Shown: piece after piece, positions 9,722-18,600 of the stretch
How positions within the stretch are numbered: the stretch's first letter is position 1
Layout: every line of letters begins with the position of its first letter
Source: Candidatus Latescibacterota bacterium
Lineage (GTDB): Bacteria; Latescibacterota; UBA2968
Assembly: GCA_965204745.1 (NCBI GenBank)
Contig: OZ242010.1
Span: forward strand, 1,952,001-2,016,000
Reading direction: 5' to 3'
DNA: 64,000 nucleotides
Notes under the pieces: generated by a model
Told to the model about the DNA's origin: nothing
Database searches by the model: none
What the model saw: the letters and a program-made list of their open reading frames with translations, nothing else
Program-made: the position numbers and the translations under genes

Positions 9722-10538
9722 GTTCTGTTGACATTTGGGATATTTTGAGTTACTCTGTGTGTATGTCAAACCTTATTCTTTCTCCGAATCAGTGGCCTAA
9801 AATTCTCGCATTCATCCGCGAATGCCCTCGCGTCTATGTCGGCGAGGAAGCCGGTTGCAAACGCTTCATTGAAGCGGTTCTGTGGGTGATGCGCTCGGGT
9901 GGTCAGTGGCGTCAGTTGCCCGCACAGTACGGGAAGTGGAACACAGTCTATAAACGCTTTGCTCGCTGGTGCCGGTATGGCGTGTGGGAACGCATGCACC
10001 AGCATTTTACGTCTGATCCAGACTTGGCATGTCTGATCATTGACAGCACTGTCGTGCGTGCTCATGCCTGTGCAGCGGGTGCCTCAAAAAAAAAGGGGGG
10101 CAAGCCGCGCAAGCCCTCGGCAAGAGCCGAGGCGGGTTCAGCACCAAAATCCATCTCTGCACAGATGCGCGTGGCCTCCCGCTCCGGTTTCGACTCACAC
10201 CGGGACAAACCCACGATATCACGCAAGCCGAAGCGTTAATCGCTGGGTATGAGAGCCGATCTGTCATCGCGGATAAGGGCTATGATTCACAAGCGTTTCT
10301 GGACGTCCTTTCTCACCATGGACAGGTTGCCGTGATTCCGCCCCGGTCTTATCGCAAGACCCCGCGTGATTATGATCGCCATCGGTATAAGCAACGCAAT
10401 TTGATTGAGCGGTTGATTGGAAAAATGAAGCAGTATCGCAGGATATTCGCTCGCTTTGAGAAACTCAGCACGAGTTATCGAGGCTTTCTCGCTTTTGCGG
10501 CCACGCTCATCGCTCTAAAACAAAATGTCAACAGAACC
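9721..10538 (+). mobile_element. IS5-family insertion sequence (IS427-like, two-ORF type), 818 bp
   Basis: Perfect 16-bp TIRs GGTTCTGTTGACATTT / AAATGTCAACAGAACC; TA duplicated at 9719-9720 and 10539-10540. Confidence 0.93.
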
Positions 10539-10541
10539 TAA
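9763..10541 (+). CDS. IS5-family DDE transposase, expressed by -1 frameshift at A9G6 (10086-10100)
   Basis: OrfA: G.QWR.LP..YG.W.TVY.RF.RW and IIDSTVVRAH; -1 frame continues ALGKSRGGFSTKIH, ADKGYD, YKQRNLIER. Confidence 0.9.
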
Positions 10542-10549
10542 AAAAAGGC

Positions 10550-10578
10550 TTGACAGTCTGTTTTTGATTGCATATAAT
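10550..10578 (+). promoter_or_regulatory. Consensus sigma70 promoter for the giant surface-protein gene
   Basis: TTGACA (10550-10555), 17-nt spacer, TATAAT (10573-10578). Confidence 0.8.
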
Positions 10579-10981
10579 TAGCCCATTATTTGTCAGTAGG
10601 TAAATTTTTGGATTACACGTCAAACAGAAAGGTTTGTCGATTTTCCTACACACATTCTCCCCGTTGCACTCTGATTGAGATGTGTTGGGTTGTTTTGGAA
10701 GGAGGTTCTCAAATAAAATGTGAGTTTATGGTTGTCTGTAACTCGTTGTTTGGTAAGGGATTTTATAAAAAATAAAAAAAATAAATGCTTTGAAGGGAGG
10801 GATATTTATTGGATGTGAGAGGTTTTTCTCCGTTGCTTCACAAAGGTTGTGACCCTCACCCTTTTTGGGTTTTGATCTTGCAGAAGTGAAGAAAGCGCGA
10901 GAAATTGTTGTTTTGCAGTGCATTTAATTCGTCCGTAATAATCGTTTGTCGTTTGTTGATCGTCCTAATTCAAGGAGGTCG

Positions 10982-12313
10982 ATGATGTTGTATTTTCGTA
11001 GAATTTGCCTTTTGGTTGCTTTGGCTTTGACCTTTGGAGCGAGCGATGTTTTCGCACAGGGAGCACCACCAGGTATTTCTGTTAAAATCGTGCAACCAGC
11101 CGATAGTGCTTGGGTTGGCATTGGTGGTAAAATTGTCGTTGATGTGGAGAGCACGGGCTTGCTGAGTGGCATAAGGGCAACTAGTAGCACGGATACGGCT
11201 TTTTTGGGCTATCAAGGAGCTACTATACCAGGACCGGGAGACGGAATTGACGAAGTTCTCCTCTACATAGATAGCACCCCTAATGATAAATCTGTTGCTG
11301 GGGCGGCTACTCGTACTCTTACGGGTCACCCAGGTAACACTGCGGTTGCTGATCCTGTAGTCTGTAGAGCTAACTATTTCCACAATAGTCCGGTGGTCCA
11401 GCAGAATGGGAGAAGAGTAGTTTGGAATACTGATGCTACAACTGGAGGTGCAACTCCTGGTTGCAAGGTAACCGCAGTAGTACAGTCTTTTCAAGGCGGG
11501 AAACATATTGCCAGATATACCTTTGAAATAAAACAAATACTCGCCACTGTTGGATCTTTCAATTTTCGCCAAGGTGTATCCGGTATTTATGCTGTAGCGG
11601 CAGCCCGAGTGGGCGGTCCTACTTTTAAAGCTGTCGCCAATGTAGAGACTGGTGGCGATGGCAAGTTTGTCAAAATTGACACTGGTCGTCCTAGCCAAGT
11701 TGCGGCTACCCATTTCGACTCGGTTGGCGTTTCAGGGAAGATTGCTGTGACCGATTCGTTTAAGATTGGCGATAAGATCGAGTTGGTGGCGGGGATCAGG
11801 AGCCTTGTTGGTGCTAGCGATGTCGTCGCTATAGAACTCGGCCTGTTTGGTTTCCATGCTGACTATCTCGATGCCTATATGGCGTCGCGTGACAGCGCGT
11901 TGGTAAATTCGCTCACCACGTTTAAGGTCAGCGGCGGTGAAATCCAAGGTGCGGCGAATAATGTTCTGCGTAGAACGGTAACCGTGGAGGAAAACGCTTT
12001 TAAGATCGTTAGTGATGCTGGTGCTACCCCCACTATCCTCATGGACGACCTGAAGTTCAAAGTTGCGGTGTTCTTTGTGGATAGAGCCGGAAACATAGGT
12101 GCGGAGGAGGCAGATGCTACTGCACCTGAGCCTTATTCGGCGGCTACGGTCTATGTGGTAGATTCCAAAAAGCCGAAGATCACGATCAAGTATCCGGTTG
12201 ACCATCCCGACAGCAATCGCTTCACGGGTCTGATAAGCAAAGAGTTCAGAAATTATCGCAATAATGCTAATGCGTTGTCGATAAAGAGGAAGATTTCAAT
12301 CCATTGGAGTTGA
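10982..12313 (+). CDS. N-terminal part of a large secreted surface protein (frameshifted near 12270)
   Basis: RBS AAGGAGG; signal peptide MMLYFRRICLLVALALTFGASDVFAQ; beta-rich Ig-like sequence (DRAGN motif); overlaps the next ORF in another frame. Confidence 0.75.
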   Translation: MMLYFRRICLLVALALTFGASDVFAQGAPPGISVKIVQPADSAWVGIGGKIVVDVESTGLLSGIRATSSTDTAFLGYQGATIPGPGDGIDEVLLYIDSTPNDKSVAGAATRTLTGHPGNTAVADPVVCRANYFHNSPVVQQNGRRVVWNTDATTGGATPGCKVTAVVQSFQGGKHIARYTFEIKQILATVGSFNFRQGVSGIYAVAAARVGGPTFKAVANVETGGDGKFVKIDTGRPSQVAATHFDSVGVSGKIAVTDSFKIGDKIELVAGIRSLVGASDVVAIELGLFGFHADYLDAYMASRDSALVNSLTTFKVSGGEIQGAANNVLRRTVTVEENAFKIVSDAGATPTILMDDLKFKVAVFFVDRAGNIGAEEADATAPEPYSAATVYVVDSKKPKITIKYPVDHPDSNRFTGLISKEFRNYRNNANALSIKRKISIHWS

Positions 12314-15300
12314 AAGTGGATGAAACTGTGAAGTCGCTTGTTGCTGTCGCGAAAGCCGCCGGTAACAAGACGGATCGGCCCAACATAACTTCAGACTATA
12401 CGGAGGTAGGTAGCTTCCAGAAGATTCGGACTACTGGTAAGTTTGCGACGAACGTGAAGTCAAACAATAGTGCAAAGGGCGGGAAGAAATTTAACCTGAC
12501 CATTGAAGCGACGGATCAGGTGGGCAACAAAGCCACGAAGACCGTTAACAATGTTTGGCACGATCAGGATGTGCCTAATCCGATTAGAAGGTTCCCAAGC
12601 GTTGCTGCCTTGGGTGCCGATAATCCGACGATCAACAATGAAACGCGCCATCCGGTTCTCCGGTTTAATGAGAGTCTCGATTCGCTTTCGGTGCGCTTTA
12701 TTGAAGACACGACCACTAATCCGCGCAATGCTATTCAGAAGGCTGGCAATAACCTGCTGACCATGGTGAACAAAGACATTACCATCACGGTCGATTCTTC
12801 GCTCGTGCATGGTACGAGATATTGGTTCCAGGTTTTCGCCCGCGACCTCGCTGGCAATATAGATATCACGCCTGCGGAAAGGTTCACTTTTAGCACTGAC
12901 TTCACGAATCCGCAAGCGGACTCGTTTAAGGTTGTGGCAACTAGTGGAGACACTGCGATTGCCGGTTATCAGTTGCCGATCAAGATTACCGCCCTCAACG
13001 CTGCTTTGACACGCTCAGCTAAGGCTGATCGCGTAGCTGTGACGTATCGCAGTGGTAATGTGCGAGTGAAGGCCATGATGGCTGATGGTAGCGATGCCAG
13101 TGACGTGGTCATCTCTGGTACGGGTGTAGCAAAAGATGAGGGTGGTTATTACTCTCTTAGTAGTGCTGCCTGGAATACTGGTGTGTACGATATTAAGATC
13201 AAGTCGAACAAGGTTCTCAATGGCCTCAAAGTTGAGGTTGAAGAAACGGAAACGACTACGGTTGATGGCAAGTCGATGACCACAACCGCCAAAGTCCGCG
13301 ACCGTGCTGGTAATGAGCGGGAGCTCCGCAATACCTTGGGAGACATCACCATTGACGAAGGCGATATGCGCCGGTTCGTGGTGACGGCTTGGGAAGGTGA
13401 CGGAGAAGCAGACACGGTTGCCGGTGAGTTCAAGGTTCGCGTGGTACCTGCTGATTCGTTGGGCAATCCGTCTGTCAAATATGGTGAAGAACTGACCGGT
13501 GGTGCCAACATTGGTACTCCGGGATTGTTTGATAAGGCGAAGCCGAGCAAGTTGACGAGTATTGATGTTGAGTTTGCTGCCAGTCATCCCAGTGCTCGTG
13601 TGCCGCAAGGTTCGCAGACGGTGATGCCCGAAGGCACTTCCTTCACGGTTCTCGCCCCCAATAGCAATGGCGAAGATCTGACAATTACGGCACGCGTTGC
13701 CAATTTGCAACCCGGCACCTCACTTACCGATGTAAATAAGTATTTGGGAGCTACCGGTTCCGTGACCGTTGACTATACGGTTGCTGAGCCGACTTCTGCT
13801 GATTCGCTCGCGGCTCCGGCTTATCTGGAAGTGATAGATGTTCCGGAGGATCAAGGCCACTATGTGACGGTGACTTTCCCGCTTTCAACCGATCACGATG
13901 TGGTAGATTCGTATCGTTTGTATCGCGAGTTTGATATTGGCGACGGTAGAGGTTCGCGCTTTATCCCGTGGGGTGATGATTTTGAGCCTTCTGGTAATGA
14001 TTCACTGGTGACGAGGAACATAGGCGTGCCGGACGCTCTGGCGACTCACTGGGCTATTGAAGCCATTGGTGCTAAGCCCTCCAGCCAGACGGTATCCGGT
14101 AAGCTGAGTGCCGCAGTTATCGTTTCGGATCGCACGCAGACCGCAGAAAAGGTGCGCGCCCTAGACAATAAACCGCCAGAGGCCGCGACCGATGTTATGC
14201 TCGAAAACCTGACGGTTTCTTGGACATTGTCTCCAAGTGAGGGGCCAACGGATGCGACTTACACCGATCCCCGATTCCCTGGAAGCCAAGCTAGGGCCAT
14301 TCTCGGTGTGACGGGATACGAGATTATGGTCGGTCTCAGTGCGGATGCTCTGTACTCTGTTGGCAAGGTTGACGCTGGTGAGTCCAGCTTTGAACTGACC
14401 TCGACGGCGATTGCTTCTTTGGTCACCTCTGGTGTGATTAGTCCAGAGCAAATTCAACAACTGCTCGCAACTGATCTCCTCGGCGTTACGATCCGCGTAG
14501 ATGCGCTCGACCTGTCCAATAGCGTTCCGAGTGAAATTTTTGTCGTTGAAAAACTGACGCGCAGAGAGTTCACGAGTGCAGATAATGAGCCTGTCTATAT
14601 CGTCAATCTGGATGGCGATATGACGGTTGGCTTTGATGATTTTATGGCCTTTGCCGCGGCATTTGATACCCGCGATGGCGACGAGGCCTGGAATATTCAA
14701 GCCGATCTCAACGACGATGGGACAGTGGATTTCGCCGACTTCATCCTGTTCGTCGGCTCCTATGGCAAGACCGCTCAGGGGCCTTCAACCAAGCCCGTGA
14801 TTTTGCCGCCTGGCGTGAATGAAAATGCAGAGTTTTCGCTCCGCTTGGGCAGTGAGCGCGTTGTGGTTGGTCAGAACGTGTTTGTGGATGTCTCTCTTGC
14901 AAACGTGCAGGATCTGATGGGTTACGGATTTGTGCTCAACTACGATGCCGATAAGTTCGAATTTGTAGAAGCCGCTCCCGCCGATCAGGATCTGCTCAAA
15001 TCCACGGGTGGCGAAACCCCGCTGTTTAGTTCACTGGCAAACGAAGCCGGCCAGGTTTCCATTGCCAACGCAGTGGTCAATGCTTCGGAAGTTTCCGGCG
15101 GTGGCGACATCGTTCGGTTGACTTTCCGCGTGTTGCAAGAGTTTGCTGAGAACGCTCGGTTTGAAATTGCCGAAGGTCTGGTTTTTGACCCGCAGCAACT
15201 TTCCAATCCGGCGGTGGTCGCGGGTGTGCTCGATGTTCAAACCACACCCACAGAGTTTGCACTGCTTCAAAATTTCCCCAACCCGTTCAACCCAGAAACG

Positions 15301-15531
15301 ACAATCGGGTATGAACTGGCCGAATCTGCCGACGTGACGCTTCAGATTTACAATGTCGTGGGTCAGGTCGTGCGGACGTTGATCGCTGCGGAACCGCAGG
15401 CGGCTGGTCGCTACCAGATGCGTTGGGACGGGATGGATGATCGCGGGGTGTCGGTTTCCAGTGGGGTTTATTTTTACCGGATTTCGGCAGGGGAGTTTCA
15501 AACCGTGCGGAAGCTGATGTTGCTCAAGTAA
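12304..15531 (+). CDS. C-terminal part of the large secreted protein: Ig-like domains, dockerin, cohesin and FlgD/T9SS-type C-terminal domain
   Basis: No signal peptide of its own; DLAGN/DQVGN Ig motifs; NLDGDMTVGFDDF...ADLNDDGTVDFADF (dockerin EF pair); VDVSLANVQDLMGYGFVLNYDADKFEF (cohesin); QNFPNPFNPET...KLMLLK. Confidence 0.85.
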   Translation: MELKVDETVKSLVAVAKAAGNKTDRPNITSDYTEVGSFQKIRTTGKFATNVKSNNSAKGGKKFNLTIEATDQVGNKATKTVNNVWHDQDVPNPIRRFPSVAALGADNPTINNETRHPVLRFNESLDSLSVRFIEDTTTNPRNAIQKAGNNLLTMVNKDITITVDSSLVHGTRYWFQVFARDLAGNIDITPAERFTFSTDFTNPQADSFKVVATSGDTAIAGYQLPIKITALNAALTRSAKADRVAVTYRSGNVRVKAMMADGSDASDVVISGTGVAKDEGGYYSLSSAAWNTGVYDIKIKSNKVLNGLKVEVEETETTTVDGKSMTTTAKVRDRAGNERELRNTLGDITIDEGDMRRFVVTAWEGDGEADTVAGEFKVRVVPADSLGNPSVKYGEELTGGANIGTPGLFDKAKPSKLTSIDVEFAASHPSARVPQGSQTVMPEGTSFTVLAPNSNGEDLTITARVANLQPGTSLTDVNKYLGATGSVTVDYTVAEPTSADSLAAPAYLEVIDVPEDQGHYVTVTFPLSTDHDVVDSYRLYREFDIGDGRGSRFIPWGDDFEPSGNDSLVTRNIGVPDALATHWAIEAIGAKPSSQTVSGKLSAAVIVSDRTQTAEKVRALDNKPPEAATDVMLENLTVSWTLSPSEGPTDATYTDPRFPGSQARAILGVTGYEIMVGLSADALYSVGKVDAGESSFELTSTAIASLVTSGVISPEQIQQLLATDLLGVTIRVDALDLSNSVPSEIFVVEKLTRREFTSADNEPVYIVNLDGDMTVGFDDFMAFAAAFDTRDGDEAWNIQADLNDDGTVDFADFILFVGSYGKTAQGPSTKPVILPPGVNENAEFSLRLGSERVVVGQNVFVDVSLANVQDLMGYGFVLNYDADKFEFVEAAPADQDLLKSTGGETPLFSSLANEAGQVSIANAVVNASEVSGGGDIVRLTFRVLQEFAENARFEIAEGLVFDPQQLSNPAVVAGVLDVQTTPTEFALLQNFPNPFNPETTIGYELAESADVTLQIYNVVGQVVRTLIAAEPQAAGRYQMRWDGMDDRGVSVSSGVYFYRISAGEFQTVRKLMLLK

Positions 15532-15543
15532 TTCCGCTTCAGT

Positions 15544-15582
15544 GTCTGGGAAGTTTCACACCGAGACTTCCCAGACTTTTTT
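15544..15582 (+). terminator. Intrinsic terminator or mRNA-stabilising hairpin between the two surface-protein genes
   Basis: GTCTGGGAAGT-11 nt-ACTTCCCAGAC-TTTTTT. Confidence 0.75.
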
Positions 15583-15631
15583 GCTTCTTGATTTCTGATT
15601 TAAGGAGCAGTTCTCAGTAAGGAGTATCCAA

Positions 15632-18600
15632 ATGTTGAAGAAAGGATTGTTGTTTATTACCGCTCTGGCGTTGTTGGCATTTGTGGGCCAAGCTTCCGCT
15701 GGCCCCAATGCCAATGCCGTTCTGTCTTTGGACATCGATGCCAGCGATAATAAAATGGATGATGGCAATACATCGGGCACCGTTGAGGGTGCTGGTACCG
15801 ATGTTGTCGTCGAGGTGTTTATCACGGGGTTGGCAGGCCCAATTAGCGGTGGCACTTTGTCCTTTAATACGGATATGCTGACCGTCAAAAGTGTGGCTGT
15901 AGGTGCAGGATTTCTTTTAGGTACTACCGATCAAACTGCTAGTATTGGTATTCTACCGGCGGCTACCTTGACCAATGGTCATTTCGCGACTGTTACGTTT
16001 ACGACTGCTTCTGATGTAACAGGCAGGGAGTTCACAGTTGGTGCTAGTGTGAATAATCTGGCTGCTGGTGATGGTAGTACTGATATGCTTACCGCGGCGA
16101 CGTCATTGACTTTTAATGCCTCTACGACGCAACCGCCGATGCCGCCGACTCCTCCTACGCCGATGCCTCCTACATCTACGGTGGGGCCAGCGTTGGATAT
16201 CGGCACCAGTAGCAACGGCATGAATGATGGCAATGTGTCGATTAATGCCGAAGCCGGTAGTACTGTTGTTGTTGAAGTTTTTGCCGGCGCAAATTTGTCT
16301 CCAATCGGTGGCGGTAGCATAACCTTTTCTCAGGCTATCGGCGAAGTCAACTTCGCCCAGGACAATTGGCAAATTGTGGGGGGACTAAAGGATGGAGGCA
16401 AAAAGGTTGACTTTAGTGCCTTAAATGGCGGTCTTGCCACCCTGAACGCCGAAGGTTTCTTAGGTGCTGTGAGCTTTACGGTTGCCTCGGTACCTGCCAC
16501 AATTAGTATTGAGCAACTCGTTTTGGCTTTTGAGTCAGGTGCTGATACACTGTCTGTTAGTAATGTGGCGGTGACGATTTTGCCGCCCACGCAGTTTAGG
16601 TTGACCGCCTCTGAAGAGATGGCGACGATTCCTTATGGCGGAAGTGCTATGATTACACTGACCGCTGAAGGCTTTGCCGAAGATGCTTTTATTGACTTTA
16701 CTGTTGATCCAGATGTGCTTGAAAGATTAGCGGAAGGTGCGGTCCTGACGCTTACGGCTACCAGTGCCGCTACGGTGACGGTGACGGCCAGCGTTGGGGA
16801 AGATTCAACCAACCCTGTCACCGTTGAGTTTGTAGAAGGGCCACGGCCGCCTCATTTGATTTCGGATAGAGAAAGCCCTGTCACAATCCCTCATGATTCC
16901 AGTGTTACAGTGACGGTGACAGCAGTGGATTTTGACGGGATAGTCAGATGGCCTGATCTGCCAGCTGGAGCTGAAGTCCGCGGCAATACAGTGACTCTGA
17001 CAGTCAGCGATGCGGCTACGGTGACCGTGATGGCCAGGGATGATTCAAACAACCAGGATGAGCTTACCATTGAGTTTCTGCACGCTCCCTATCTTGAGGC
17101 TGATACAGACATGGTGTTGGTGCATCGTGACAGCAGTGTCGCTACTGGCATGGCTACGGTGACAGCGATGGGCTTTGATGAGGATGCTGACATTAACTTC
17201 ACTGTTGAGCCGATGGATGCGGTTGTTGAGTCGCAGGAAGGTGCTGTGCTGACGCTGACAGCCAGCGATGCTACGACAGTGATGGTGACAGCCAGCGATG
17301 GCAGAGTCACAACCTCACCGATATCCATTGAGTTTCAACTTGATCCCTATCTTCGTGCGGATAAGGACAGCCCGGTTGAAATTCCGCCTGATAGCAGCGT
17401 TGTGGTTAAGGTGACAGCCATGGACTATCCTGCTGATGCTAATATTTCGTTCGATTCTTCGCAGACATCGACGGAAGGTGATGCGGATACTGATCTGGTG
17501 GAGTTTAATGATGATAAGTATGCACTGTTGACAGTTAGTGGTTCTGGTTCTACTACTGTGACGGTGGAAGCCACCGATGGTACCACAACGAGAACGGTCA
17601 CCGTTCAGTTTATTCAACCCGTGAAGTTGGAATTATCGGAAGAACTTTCAGATAGCCTTATCTCCACTCTGAAGGAGGGTAGCGTTACGGGTACGGTGAC
17701 AGCCCTGCATTTCCCTGATGACGCTGCTCTCGATTTTGGTGTTGAGGTAGTAGAAACAGAGGATGGGGCTGAGGTTGAATCCTCGCAGGATGGTGCAGTC
17801 CTGACCTTAATCGCTAGTGGTTCTGGTTCGGCTACTGTGACGGTGACAGTCAGTTCTGACAAATACGAACACCTCACAGTTGACCCAATCACCCTTCAAT
17901 TCATTCATCCTCGGCTCGTGGCGGATGCAGATAGCCTCATTATTGAGCCTGGTAGCACTGCTGTGGCTACGATTGTAGCAAAGGATTTTCCTGCTGATGC
18001 TGATGTTAAATTTGAACTGACAAAAGATGTAGACGAGTCGGTTACAATTGACCAGCAGATACGTCCCCGTGAAGTGGTTTTAACTGTCCAGGGTTCTGGT
18101 TCTGCTACTGTGACAGTGAGGGCCAGTTCTGGCGAAGGTGAGGACCTGATAACCGCCGCACCTGCGATCATTCAGTTTGATCCTCCTGATCCTCCTGATC
18201 CTCCTGATCCTCCTGGACCTCGACCTGCTCTGGTGTCGGATGCAGATGAATACGTGATTCCACCTGATGGCGATGTTGTGGCGACGCTTACAGCCATGAA
18301 TTTCCCCGAAGGTGCTACTATTGCGTTCAACTGGATAACAGTAGATGCAGAGGGGCCGGAAGTTACGATTGATGAGGGGTCAGAAGGTGCTGTTCTGACC
18401 TTGACCGCCAGTGGTTCTGGTACGGCAAAAGTTGAAGTGAGGGCAACTGATGGTGCGATCTCTGTTGCAGATACCATTCAGTTTATTCAGCCTTCCCTCA
18501 TGCTCGCATCGGATGCAGAAGATAACCAAGTCTTGATTCCGCATAATGCCAGTGCGACGGTTACGGTTACAGCCGAGGGTTCTCTTCCTACCGGTGCTAC

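Noticed and set aside
10590-10923. Short ORFs in the region upstream of the surface-protein gene
   Set aside because: No RBS or motifs; the region is better explained as a 5' leader.
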